Under the pieces are notes generated by a model. That model ran no database searches, was not told the origin of the DNA, and saw only the letters and a program-made list of their open reading frames with translations. Below are positions 1 through 9,222 of a stretch of 32,000 bases of DNA, piece after piece. This stretch comes from Candidatus Electronema aureum. GTDB taxonomy: Bacteria > Desulfobacterota > Desulfobulbia > Desulfobulbales > Desulfobulbaceae. Position 1 is the stretch's first letter; the number at the start of each line of letters is the position of its first letter. The stretch is from contig NQJD01000004.1 of NCBI GenBank assembly GCA_004284765.1, forward strand, positions 60,001 through 92,000, read 5' to 3'. A program made the position numbers and the translations under genes.

Positions 1-185
1 GGCGCGGCCAAACTGAGTATTGCCAACGCAGCAGCCAGTAGCCAAGGCCAGCTCATCAGATGAATTCCTTTCCCTTTCAGCAGGGGGAAGAGAAGACCAA
101 AAAAAAGAATAAATCCTCCTGCAAGAATGAAGCCAAATTTCCTAAGGTCATCATTAAAACCTACTTTTTCCGCATGATATTTCAT
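1..185 (-). CDS. small membrane protein, SxtJ-like; 5' part only, runs off the window start
   Basis: Not in the ORF track because it has no stop in the window. ATG at 185-183, 8 nt after the SGNH stop, and open to position 1. Hand translation is MKYHAEKVGFNDDLRKFGFILAGGFILFFGLLFPLLKGKGIHLMSWPWLLAAALAILSLAA, with two hydrophobic segments. From memory this resembles the SxtJ-type small membrane proteins that accompany carbamoyltransferase genes. Family assignment is unverified. Confidence 0.4.
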   Translation of the reverse strand, partial: MKYHAEKVGFNDDLRKFGFILAGGFILFFGLLFPLLKGKGIHLMSWPWLLAAALAILSLAA

Positions 186-193
186 TTGATTGT

Positions 194-1219
194 TCACTTT
201 TCATCCTTCATTATTTTTCTCAGCTCATCAGCCAATACCTTTCCGGCGATATGATGTCCTTTTGACCCCCAATGCGCTTTATCAGCGGCTCTGACAACAA
301 CCCCCTCTTTTTCGCTCCGTTCAACCGCTTCAGAAACCATAGGCAAAGAAATAAATCCAGCTTTTTGGGTGACACGAATCCACGCCTCTTTTTCTTGAGA
401 GGTACTTGTGCTGCACGTAAATGTGAAGAGCTTTGTCTCTTTTGGCACAGAATCAGCCATCATTTTTAAAAGATTTTGCGTTATCCGTTCAGCTTCCGCA
501 GTATCTTTTATCGTTTTTTCTTTGTCGTTAAGCGATTGAGGGGGATAATATCCCTTATATATTTTAAACTGCATTTTTTGAACAGACAAATCAATGCCTC
601 TGAATAAATATGAATTTGCATATAAAAATCTATACACATCTGCATCTCGATACACGATCTTGTCGCCACCATAATATGGTCGAAGATTTTTTTGATTTCT
701 TACGATCATTTTTTCTTCAAGAATGAAGCTATTATTCGAAAAATCATTTGAACAAAACTGCAAGACGAAATAATCAGGACGTATTATATTGATGTATTTT
801 TTCGTGATGATCAACTCTTGGAGGGTTCCATATCCTCCCCCTCCAAAAGCAAAAATTTCTACGTCGAGATTTTTTTTAACCTGATCGTAATACGCATCTT
901 CGTCAGACATATTTGGATCACCTGTAAAAGAGTCTCCAATGAAAAATATTTTCTTCTTGTCAGTATCAATATTCCCCCATGATCTGAATCCATGCTGATC
1001 CGTTGAAAGGACTATATTATAATTAACCCCAGCTGCATCTGGTCTAACAACGCTGTAATGGGTGCTTTTCTTAGGAACCCAACCAACTTCTTGATCATAC
1101 TGATAGATACAACCTCTTGAAGCGTATCGGTAATACAGCTCTCCAAATGCAATTATTGTTAAAAAAGTCATAACTGGAATAGCTGCTAATACGATCCAGT
1201 ATATCTTTTTTCTTATCAT
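194..1219 (-). CDS. membrane-anchored SGNH/GDSL-type hydrolase (possible glycan O-acyl esterase or transferase)
   Basis: ATG start. N-terminal TM helix IYWIVLAAIPVMTFLTIIAFG. SGNH blocks are FFIGDSF (I), GGGGYG (II), CSNDF (III) and DKAH (V, DxxH). A hand-counted line is 28% GC, far below the neighbouring genes. Confidence 0.7.
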   Translation of the reverse strand: MIRKKIYWIVLAAIPVMTFLTIIAFGELYYRYASRGCIYQYDQEVGWVPKKSTHYSVVRPDAAGVNYNIVLSTDQHGFRSWGNIDTDKKKIFFIGDSFTGDPNMSDEDAYYDQVKKNLDVEIFAFGGGGYGTLQELIITKKYINIIRPDYFVLQFCSNDFSNNSFILEEKMIVRNQKNLRPYYGGDKIVYRDADVYRFLYANSYLFRGIDLSVQKMQFKIYKGYYPPQSLNDKEKTIKDTAEAERITQNLLKMMADSVPKETKLFTFTCSTSTSQEKEAWIRVTQKAGFISLPMVSEAVERSEKEGVVVRAADKAHWGSKGHHIAGKVLADELRKIMKDEK

Positions 1220-1240
1220 AAAACAAACTATTGAACTACT

Positions 1241-3094
1241 TCAATCCAGCTCAAATTCCTGCATCCACTTCTTGTCATCGTCCCATTTAGGCTGTTCCGG
1301 CTTGAGAAGCAGATAATTTTCAATCACCAAGCAGTCCATGTTGGTGCGCATGAAGCAGCGGTAGGCATCTTCTGGGGTGCAGACAATCGGCTCGCCGCGC
1401 ACGTTGAACGAGGTGTTGACCAGCACCGGACAGCCGGTTTTCTCCTTGAACGCGCTGGCCAAGGCATGGTAGCGGGGATTGGTTTCGGTATGGATGGTCT
1501 GGATGCGAGCCGAGTTGTCCACATGAGTGATCGAAGGCAAGGTGGAGCGAAGCACGTTCAGCTTTTCAATGCCAAAAAGCTGCTGTTGCGCTTCGGTCAT
1601 GGGAATGCGGTGCTCCTCTTTGACATCGGCCACGATCAGCATGTACGGGCTAGGCCGGTCCAGCTTAAAATATGCGGACACGTCCTCGGCAAGCACTGAC
1701 GGGGCAAAAGGACGGAACGACTCGCGGAATTTGATCTTCAGATTCATCACTGACTGCATTTTGCTGCTGCGCGGATCGCCGATGATTGAGCGACCGCCGA
1801 GCGCACGCGGCCCGAACTCCATCCGTCCTTGGAACCAGCCGAGCACCTGCTCGTCAGCCAGTAGCTGGGCTAATTGGGGCATGAGCTGCTCGTCGGCAAT
1901 TTTTGCATAACGTGCGCCCAAGGCATTCAGGCATGATTCTATGTCTGTCGCCGCAAATCGCGGCCCCAGATATGATCCAGACATGGCATCATGCACATTG
2001 TCCGCCGTCCGCTGGCCCTTGTATTTCTCATGCCAGACCACCAAGGCCGCACCCAATGCGCCGCCCGCATCCCCTGCCGCAGGCTGAATCCAGATGTCCT
2101 TAAACGGCCCTTCCCGCAGCAGACGACCGTTAGCGACGCAGTTTAAGGCGACTCCACCCGCTAAACATAAATATTCCGCGCCAGTCTCTTGCTGCACCGT
2201 CTTAGCCAAACGGAGGACTATCTCCTCTGTCACATCTTGGATGGAACGGGCGATATCCATTTCCCGCTGGGTCAACGCACCTTCCGGCTTACGGGCAGGC
2301 GCACCAAACAAGTCGGCAAAGCGGGCGTTAATCATGGTCAAGCCGGTGGCGTAGTTGAAATACGCCATATCCAGCCGGAACGTGCCGTCTTCTTTCAAAT
2401 CCAACAGATTGTTTAGAATCAAATCAACATATTTTGGCTCGCCATAAGGAGCAAGGCCCATCAGCTTGTATTCGCCGGAGTTGACTTTGAAGCCAGTGTA
2501 GTAGGTGAAAGCAGAATAAAGCAGACCGAGCGAATGGGGAAAATCCATCTGCCACAAAGCTTGCAAAGTGTTGCCGTCTCCCTGCCAAGCCGATGTGCTT
2601 GCCCATTCACCAACGCCATCCAAACATAAAACAGCCGCTTTCTGAAATGGGCTGGCAAAAAATGCCGAGGCTGCATGGGCCTGATGATGTTCAGAGAAAA
2701 GCAAATTAGGCAGAGCAGCTTGCTTGCATTCGCACAGTTTGCTTAATTCTCTCTTCAGCGTGGTTTTAATGTAGAGCTTTTCCTTCATCCAGACCGGCAT
2801 GGCAGAGACGAACGAACGAAAGCCGTTGGGCGCATAAGCTAAATAGGTCTCTAACAGCCGCTCAAATTTAATCATTGGCTTGTCGTAGAACACCACATCG
2901 CTGACTTGCTCAATGGTGATGCCGGCTTCGTGCAGACAGTAGCTTATTGCATTGACAGGGAAGTCGGGATCATGCTTCTTACGGGTGAAGCGTTCCTCTT
3001 GAGCAGCGGCAATAATTTTTCCGTCAGCCAGCAATGCTGCCGCGCTGTCATGGTAATATGCGGAGATGCCGAGAATGTAAATCGTATTATGCAT
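1241..3094 (-). CDS. carbamoyltransferase, NodU/CmcH family
   Basis: 617 aa. N-terminus ILGISAYYHDSAAALL...AAQEERFTRKKHD and C-terminus VLVNTSFNVRGEPIV are typical of NodU/CmcH O-carbamoyltransferases. Confidence 0.9.
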   Translation of the reverse strand: MHNTIYILGISAYYHDSAAALLADGKIIAAAQEERFTRKKHDPDFPVNAISYCLHEAGITIEQVSDVVFYDKPMIKFERLLETYLAYAPNGFRSFVSAMPVWMKEKLYIKTTLKRELSKLCECKQAALPNLLFSEHHQAHAASAFFASPFQKAAVLCLDGVGEWASTSAWQGDGNTLQALWQMDFPHSLGLLYSAFTYYTGFKVNSGEYKLMGLAPYGEPKYVDLILNNLLDLKEDGTFRLDMAYFNYATGLTMINARFADLFGAPARKPEGALTQREMDIARSIQDVTEEIVLRLAKTVQQETGAEYLCLAGGVALNCVANGRLLREGPFKDIWIQPAAGDAGGALGAALVVWHEKYKGQRTADNVHDAMSGSYLGPRFAATDIESCLNALGARYAKIADEQLMPQLAQLLADEQVLGWFQGRMEFGPRALGGRSIIGDPRSSKMQSVMNLKIKFRESFRPFAPSVLAEDVSAYFKLDRPSPYMLIVADVKEEHRIPMTEAQQQLFGIEKLNVLRSTLPSITHVDNSARIQTIHTETNPRYHALASAFKEKTGCPVLVNTSFNVRGEPIVCTPEDAYRCFMRTNMDCLVIENYLLLKPEQPKWDDDKKWMQEFELD

Positions 3095-3115
3095 TTTTCC
3101 CTGCCGACTACTCTT

Positions 3116-4069
3116 TTATCTTCGCGCCACAAGCGCATTTTCCAAGAACCATGAATACGTATCCGCTATACCATCCCGAAGAACGATTTGGCTTTTCCAG
3201 CCCAAGGCGGAAAGTTTCGATACATCGAGCAGCTTGCGGGGTGTGCCGTCTGGCATGGTAGTATTGTAGCGAAGTTCTCCTCTAAAGCCAACAGCTTCGC
3301 TAACCAAAGTAGCCAGATCAGCAATAGTGACTTCCTGCCCAGAACCGACATTGATAATTTCTGTACTACTGTAATGATCCATCAGAAAAAGACAGGCAGA
3401 GGCCAAATCATCAACATGAAGAAACTCCCGCTTCGGCGTACCAGTTCCCCAAATTTCCACCTCTGGCAGCTTGTTGATCTTCGCCTCGTGGAATTTTCTA
3501 ATCAATGCAGGCAGCACATGTGAGCTATGCAAATCAAAGTTGTCACCCGACCCGTAAAGATTAGTGGGCATCAGGCTGATGGCATCAAAGCCGTGTTGTT
3601 TGCGGTAGGCTTGGCACATTTTAATGCCCGCAATTTTGGCAATCGCATACCACTCGTTGGTCGGCTCCAGCGCACCACTGAGGAGATGTTCTTCCTTCAT
3701 CGGTTGGGGCGAAAATTTAGGATAAATACACGACGAACCGAGGAAAAGCAGCTTTTTTACCCTGTTGCGCCAAGCTGCGTCAATGATGTTGGTCTGAATC
3801 AGCAGATTGTCGCGGATGAAATCTGCTGGACTACTGTTGTTGGCGTGAATGCCGCCGACCTTGGCCGCCGCGAGAAAGACGAAATCAGGCCGAGCTTCGT
3901 CAAAAAAGCGGCGCACGGCAGCCTGATCGGTCAGATCCAGCTCGACGTGAGTGCGGGTGAGCAAATTTGTGCAGCCCGCCTGCGCCAGCGCACGGCAGAT
4001 CGCGCTGCCGACTAAACCGCGATGCCCGGCGACGTAAATGGATGAGGAAGGGGCCAGAGATAAAGCCAT
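3116..4069 (-). CDS. fcl: GDP-L-fucose synthase (GDP-4-keto-6-deoxymannose 3,5-epimerase/4-reductase)
   Basis: 317 aa [14 protein letters not shown] Rossmann motif, YAIAKIAG (YxxxK) and PTNLYG match Fcl/WcaG. No Shine-Dalgarno sequence is visible upstream of the ATG. Confidence 0.9.
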   Translation of the reverse strand: MALSLAPSSSIYVAGHRGLVGSAICRALAQAGCTNLLTRTHVELDLTDQAAVRRFFDEARPDFVFLAAAKVGGIHANNSSPADFIRDNLLIQTNIIDAAWRNRVKKLLFLGSSCIYPKFSPQPMKEEHLLSGALEPTNEWYAIAKIAGIKMCQAYRKQHGFDAISLMPTNLYGSGDNFDLHSSHVLPALIRKFHEAKINKLPEVEIWGTGTPKREFLHVDDLASACLFLMDHYSSTEIINVGSGQEVTIADLATLVSEAVGFRGELRYNTTMPDGTPRKLLDVSKLSALGWKSQIVLRDGIADTYSWFLENALVARR

Positions 4070-4201
4070 GCTGTTTTATTTTCAGAAAAGCTGCTGTAAA
4101 TTACTTAACCGCTTATTTCTTTCCTCGATTTTATCGAGAACTTCTTTGTTGGCAATTTCTTCGTCCAAGCTGAAAACGATAAAAATCTTGCCACAGTATT
4201 T

Positions 4202-4543
4202 TTATACCAATGGTGATGACACTTTGTTAAGCACTGGGAGATGCCCATGAAACATCTCGAATTGGTGCATCCATGTTCTCTCGATCTTTTCAAGAAGACA
4301 TTCTTCAGCTAACAAATAATTAAAGAAAGAAGGCCTGCCGTAAACTCCGCTTTCTGTTTTCTGTTTACTTTCAAGATGCTGGCAAAATCTATTTTTCAGA
4401 CACCTTGAAAGACCAATATACAATATTTCACCAGAGAAGTTCGTTATCGTATAACATCCAGAATTTTCTGGAATTTCAAATGATACTGAATAGGAAAAAA
4501 GCTTTTTTCTGTCAGGGTATGGCATCAACTGATTGTGCATCAT
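4202..4543 (-). CDS. small GIY-YIG domain nuclease
   Basis: 113 aa. GCYTI...GEILYIGLSRCLKNRFCQHL gives the GIY/YIG elements plus the conserved Arg. It is followed by LEKIERTW (Glu) and VLNK (Asn). The ATG overlaps the upstream DGQHR stop as ATGA. About 30% GC. Confidence 0.7.
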   Translation of the reverse strand: MMHNQLMPYPDRKKLFSYSVSFEIPENSGCYTITNFSGEILYIGLSRCLKNRFCQHLESKQKTESGVYGRPSFFNYLLAEECLLEKIERTWMHQFEMFHGHLPVLNKVSSPLV

Positions 4544-5673
4544 AATTCAATGTTTTTATTTAGACTTGATTTATGCATCGAGCTAGCCATTAACGCTGCA
4601 ATTTTATGCAATGCTCCAGAATTAAGATAACTTGCTTTCCCTTTACCGCCGCTATTCCACCACTCAGAATGACCTAACCCTGCATAATCTCCATCAAGAT
4701 TTTCAAAAGTATCTCTCAGGAGACTCTCCATTGTTGGCACTTTGAAATCGTTCATTTCATGCAACTTAGAAAAGAAAGGAACGGAGAATCGACAAAATAG
4801 CTGGATGCCATTATATTTAAACAATACTGTTGGCTCGTTAACATATAGTATGTTGGATATTGCCTTCCAATAATTAAGAAATATTTTCAAACTTTTCTCG
4901 ATCGGATAAATAGTTAGCGGATTATTGGCGACTAGAACAAACTGTTTTATCGTTCTTGCGAAACTCTTTTGATTGACACTTGCGCTTTTACTTTCTTTGT
5001 TAGCCATTTCGATTCTATCTCTCCAAGGAGAATCATCCTCCGAGTTAAGATAATCAATAAACTTTAAGGCGATATCATCTTCTCCTTTCTTCACAGCTCT
5101 TTCAATCCACTTCGGCAATGACGGGATATGTTCTACTTGCAATGCTTTTGTTAAACGCGCATAAATTCGCTGCTCAATAGCTTTGTCCACGCTCTTTTGA
5201 GTGGTATTGACGATCAAGAAATGACACATCTGCGATATTCTTGACAATCCAGTTGCTATATTTACAGGTATTTCAAAATCTAACACCTTTATTTCTTTTT
5301 GACTGGCCATTTTCAGACCTTCAATTCTATGCTGGCCATCAACTACAGAAAAAGGTCCGATAAAATTTATATCGAAAGAAATAGTGTTTGTTTTTATGTT
5401 AAAATCAATATCCTTGTCAGTTGCTATAAAAATACTTGTCGGAAGAAAAACATCTTGAGTTTTCATCCCTTCTATAATGTAGTCTGCAAGTTTCTTTGCA
5501 CGTGCCTTATTCAAGAGACGTTGATACCCCTGATCGCTATTATCATCTGGATCTAACGTTTCAACGCTGTAAAAATTAGGCTTTAGTAAATCTGAAACCT
5601 TTAACGAGGTAGTATATAACGTTAAATTTCCCTGTTTAACGACCGCAGCTGGCCTTGAAATCTTATTCTCCAT
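4540..5673 (-). CDS. DGQHR domain protein (DndB-like, ParB/Srx-fold)
   Basis: 377 aa. Literal VVDGQHRIEGL motif, preceded by QGYQRLLNKARAKKLADYI and followed by FLIVNTTQKSV, as in the DGQHR/DndB family. GGAG lies 8 nt upstream of the ATG. Hand-counted lines are 30-32% GC. Confidence 0.8.
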   Translation of the reverse strand: MENKISRPAAVVKQGNLTLYTTSLKVSDLLKPNFYSVETLDPDDNSDQGYQRLLNKARAKKLADYIIEGMKTQDVFLPTSIFIATDKDIDFNIKTNTISFDINFIGPFSVVDGQHRIEGLKMASQKEIKVLDFEIPVNIATGLSRISQMCHFLIVNTTQKSVDKAIEQRIYARLTKALQVEHIPSLPKWIERAVKKGEDDIALKFIDYLNSEDDSPWRDRIEMANKESKSASVNQKSFARTIKQFVLVANNPLTIYPIEKSLKIFLNYWKAISNILYVNEPTVLFKYNGIQLFCRFSVPFFSKLHEMNDFKVPTMESLLRDTFENLDGDYAGLGHSEWWNSGGKGKASYLNSGALHKIAALMASSMHKSSLNKNIEL

Positions 5674-5704
5674 TTTATTGCTCCGTTAGGTAGTTGGATA
5701 AAAA

Positions 5705-6790
5705 TCACTCAAAATAATTATACGCCCGATACCCCTTCTGCCGCACCACCTGATCTCGCTCCGCCAGCTTAAGGTCTTCAACGATCATCTCCCGCACCAT
5801 CTCCTCAAAGCTGATCTTCGGCTCCCAGCCGAGCTTTTCCTTGGCCTTGGAAGGATCACCGAGCAGGGTTTCAACCTCGGTCGGGCGGAAATAGCGGGGA
5901 TCAACCCGGACAATGGTTTTGCCGCTCTTGCGCTCAATGCCGATTTCCTCTAGCCCGCTGCCCTGCCAAACGATGTGCACCCCCAGCTCCTCGGCGGCGA
6001 TTTCGACAAATTCCCGTACTGAATGCTGCACACCTGTGGCGATGACAAAATCCTCTGCCTGTTCCTGCTGGAGCATCAGCCACTGCATCTTCACGTAATC
6101 CTTGGCATGGCCCCAGTCGCGCAACGAGTTGAGATTGCCGAGAAACAGAGCCTGTTGCAGCCCCAGTTTGATCCGAGCCAAGGCTCTGGTGATCTTACGG
6201 GTGACAAATGTCTCGCCTCGGACTGGCGACTCATGGTTGAAAAGAATACCGTTGCAGCAGTACATTTTATAGGCTTCACGGTAATTCACCGTGATCCAGT
6301 ACGAATAGAGCTTGGCGACCGCGTAGGGCGAGCGAGGATAAAACGGCGTGGTCTCGCGCTGAGGAATTTCTTGCACCTTGCCGAACAGCTCCGAGGTGGA
6401 AGCCTGATAGAAGCGCGTTTTACTTTCCAAACCAAGGATGCGGATGGCCTCCAGCAGGCGCAGGGTGCCGAGCGCGTCGCTGTTGGCGGTGTATTCCGGG
6501 GTTTCAAAGGACACCGCCACATGGCTCTGCGCGGCCAGATTATAGATTTCGTCTGGCTGCACTTCCTGAATGATTCTGATCAGATTAGTGGCATCGGTCA
6601 GATCGCCGTGATGGAGCTTAAAGCGAACATCCTGCTCGTGCGGGTCTTGGTAAAGATGATCCACCCGGTCGGTGTTAAAGAGCGAGGAACGACGCTTGAG
6701 GCCGTGCACCATGTACCCTTTTTCAAGCAGGAACTCAGCAAGATATGCGCCATCCTGACCGGTGACACCGGTGATCAAAGCTGTTTTCAT
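5705..6790 (-). CDS. gmd: GDP-mannose 4,6-dehydratase
   Basis: 361 aa. [36 protein letters not shown] and [10 protein letters not shown] are canonical Gmd motifs. Confidence 0.95.
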   Translation of the reverse strand: MKTALITGVTGQDGAYLAEFLLEKGYMVHGLKRRSSLFNTDRVDHLYQDPHEQDVRFKLHHGDLTDATNLIRIIQEVQPDEIYNLAAQSHVAVSFETPEYTANSDALGTLRLLEAIRILGLESKTRFYQASTSELFGKVQEIPQRETTPFYPRSPYAVAKLYSYWITVNYREAYKMYCCNGILFNHESPVRGETFVTRKITRALARIKLGLQQALFLGNLNSLRDWGHAKDYVKMQWLMLQQEQAEDFVIATGVQHSVREFVEIAAEELGVHIVWQGSGLEEIGIERKSGKTIVRVDPRYFRPTEVETLLGDPSKAKEKLGWEPKISFEEMVREMIVEDLKLAERDQVVRQKGYRAYNYFE

Positions 6791-7749
6791 TTTTGAGTTC
6801 TGAGGAAATCATCAAAATAGGCAATGGTCGGCAGCAGCCCTTCCCGCAGGGAAATCTTCGGCTCCCAGCCGAGCTTTTCCTTGGCTAAGGTGATGTCAGG
6901 TCGCCGCTGGCGAGGGTCATCCTGCGGCAACGGCTTGAAGATCAACTCTGACTTCGAGCCGGTCAGTTCCAGTACGTTTTCCGCCAATTGCAGGATGGTG
7001 AACTCGCCCGGATTGCCCGTGTTGACTGGGCCGGTGAAATCATCTTCAGTGGCCATCAGGCGGATGAACGCCTCAATCAGGTCATCGACATAGCAGAAGG
7101 AGCGGGTCTGCGAGCCGTCGCCGTAGATGGTGATCGGCTCGCCGAGCAGAGCCTGAACGATGAAATTCGACACCACCCGCCCGTCGTTGGGGTGCATACG
7201 CGGCCCGTAGGTGTTGAAAATGCGGGCCACTTTGATCCGCAGCTTATGCTGGCGGTGGTAGTCGAAGAACAATGTCTCGGCGCAGCGTTTGCCCTCGTCA
7301 TAGCAGGAGCGGATACCATTGGGATTGACATGGCCCCAGTAGGATTCAGGTTGCGGATGTACCTGTGGATCGCCGTAAACTTCCGAAGTAGAAGCCTGGA
7401 AAATCTTCGCCTTCACTCGTTTAGCCAGCCCAAGCATGTTGATCGCCCCATGCACTGAGGTTTTGGTGGTCTGCACCGGGTCAAACTGGTAATGGATGGG
7501 CGAGGCTGGGCAGGCCAAATTGTAAATCTCATCCACCTCGATGTAGAGGGGGAAAGTTACATCGTGACGAATTAACTCAAAATAGGGATTGTCCAGCAAG
7601 CCGAGGATATTTTGCTTGGTGCCAGTGAAATAATTGTCTAAACAGATCACCTCATGACCATCAGTCAGCAGTCTTTCGCAAAGATGTGAGCCAAGAAAGC
7701 CAGCCCCGCCAGTGACTAAAATTCGTTTTTTCTGCTCCACAGATTTCAT
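6787..7749 (-). CDS. uxs: UDP-glucuronate decarboxylase (UDP-xylose synthase)
   Basis: [28 protein letters not shown] and YDEGKRCAE match the UXS family. I place the start at the ATG of MKSVEQKK (7749). The longer tracked ORF runs into the tRNA gene. The stop overlaps the gmd ATG as ATGA. Confidence 0.88.
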   Translation of the reverse strand: MKSVEQKKRILVTGGAGFLGSHLCERLLTDGHEVICLDNYFTGTKQNILGLLDNPYFELIRHDVTFPLYIEVDEIYNLACPASPIHYQFDPVQTTKTSVHGAINMLGLAKRVKAKIFQASTSEVYGDPQVHPQPESYWGHVNPNGIRSCYDEGKRCAETLFFDYHRQHKLRIKVARIFNTYGPRMHPNDGRVVSNFIVQALLGEPITIYGDGSQTRSFCYVDDLIEAFIRLMATEDDFTGPVNTGNPGEFTILQLAENVLELTGSKSELIFKPLPQDDPRQRRPDITLAKEKLGWEPKISLREGLLPTIAYFDDFLRTQK

Positions 7750-7806
7750 AAAAGATGTCCGATTAAAGCTGATGCAAGAAGGATGGAATGAACAAGAGGG
7801 ATGGGT

Positions 7807-7883
7807 TGGTGCGCCCGGCAGGATTTGAACCTGCGGCACCCAGATTAGGAATCTGGTGCTCTATCCACCTGAGCTACGGGCGC
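7807..7883 (-). tRNA. tRNA-Arg (anticodon CCT)
   Basis: Hand-folded cloverleaf. Acceptor GCGCCCG/CGGGCGC, anticodon stem CCAGA/TCTGG with loop TTCCTAA, T-arm GCAGG-TTCAAAT-CCTGC, encoded CCA. Confidence 0.95.
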
Positions 7884-7941
7884 GGCGACAGCTACTTGCC
7901 GATTTTACCTGAACGTCGGGCAAAAGCAAAGTTTTTCCGCA

Positions 7942-9222
7942 TCAGGCAGCGGAAAAGACCACGCCGTGCTGGCACTCTTCGAGCGGCGCGCTGCTGCGAC
8001 TGAAGCCCGGCTGAACGATGCAGTTGCGGCCGATCTTCATGCCTTCCGGTATCCGCGCCTCTTTGCCGAGCAGAGTGATGCCGCTGTACAGATGCGTCGG
8101 GAAATCCTTGTTGATAATCTTTTTGGCCTCAGCATCGCCGCAGCCCACAACCGCGCCGCAGCCGACGTGAATCCGCTTGTCCGCCACCACTAAGTCAACT
8201 TCAGCCCCGGCTTCTATCACTGAATCTTCGAGAATTACCGAATCGCGCACCGCTGCGCCTTTTCGCACGATCACGCCGGGCGAAAGAACGGAGTTGATCA
8301 CCGTGCCTTCGATCACGCAGCCAGCGGCGATCAGCGAGGAACGCACTGTGCAGCCAGCGGCAAAGCGGGCCGGAGCGCGGTCCATCATCCGCCGCTTGGT
8401 CTCGATGTTCGGCCTGATCCCCCATGCTTCCGGCGAGATGCCTGAATCCGGGCGGATGATGTCCATGTTCGCGTCCCAGTAGGCTTGAATGGTGCCGACA
8501 TCGCGCCAGTAGCCGTAGAAGGGATAGGCGAAGACCTGCCGTTCCTCAATCGCTTTCGGGATGATGTGCATCCCGAAATCAATCTCGCTGCGGTCGCGGG
8601 CGAGCATGGCGAGCAGGTATTCGGTGTCAAAGACATAAATGCCCATCGAGGCCAGATTGGTGCGGGCGACTTTCGGTTTCTCCTCCCAGTCAACAATCCG
8701 GTTGTCCTCGTCAACAATCCCGGCCCCGAACTGATGAATCTCGCTCATTGGCACGACCATCATGCCGATGGTGATGCCTGCCTTCTTGGCCCGATGGCAG
8801 GCGATCATATCGTTGAGATCCATCCGGTAAATATGGTCGCCGGAAAGGATGACCACCTGCTCGGAGGGATTGGCTTTGATGAAGTCAATGTTCTGCCGGA
8901 TAGCGTCCGCCGTGCCTTTGTACCAGTCGGAATCCTTCTCGCCAGTGCGCGGCGGCAGGATTTCCACGCCCCGGCTGCGGCCTGTGAAGTCCCACGCCTG
9001 GCCGCTGCCGATATGCCGCATCAGCGAGAGCGGCTTGTACTGGGTGAGCACGCCAACCCGGCTCAGACCAGCGTTCATCACATTGGACAGGGAAAAATCA
9101 ATGATCCGGTAGATGCCGCCAAAAGGCACTGCCGGTTTAGCCCGGTGGCCGACTAATATATTCAGGCGGCTGCCTATGCCGCCCGCCAGCAGCAGCACCA
9201 GCGCGTCGTTCACGTCTCTCAT
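7942..9222 (-). CDS. glgC: glucose-1-phosphate adenylyltransferase, catalytic-type paralogue
   Basis: 426 aa. LLAGGIGSRL...HRAKPAVPFGG, WYKGTADAI, ILSGDHIY and a C-terminal left-handed beta-helix region. Confidence 0.85.
   Translation of the reverse strand: MRDVNDALVLLLAGGIGSRLNILVGHRAKPAVPFGGIYRIIDFSLSNVMNAGLSRVGVLTQYKPLSLMRHIGSGQAWDFTGRSRGVEILPPRTGEKDSDWYKGTADAIRQNIDFIKANPSEQVVILSGDHIYRMDLNDMIACHRAKKAGITIGMMVVPMSEIHQFGAGIVDEDNRIVDWEEKPKVARTNLASMGIYVFDTEYLLAMLARDRSEIDFGMHIIPKAIEERQVFAYPFYGYWRDVGTIQAYWDANMDIIRPDSGISPEAWGIRPNIETKRRMMDRAPARFAAGCTVRSSLIAAGCVIEGTVINSVLSPGVIVRKGAAVRDSVILEDSVIEAGAEVDLVVADKRIHVGCGAVVGCGDAEAKKIINKDFPTHLYSGITLLGKEARIPEGMKIGRNCIVQPGFSRSSAPLEECQHGVVFSAA

Noticed and set aside
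4070-5704. Possible target-site duplication flanking the DGQHR/GIY-YIG cassette (ttttatt near 4075 and 5674).
   Set aside because: A 7-nt A/T-only match in AT-rich sequence is not significant. No inverted terminal repeats were seen.
7750-7839. N-terminal extension of the uxs ORF in the track (start at 7839).
   Set aside because: The extension overlaps the tRNA-Arg gene and encodes non-homologous sequence. The Rossmann fold begins right after the Met at 7749.
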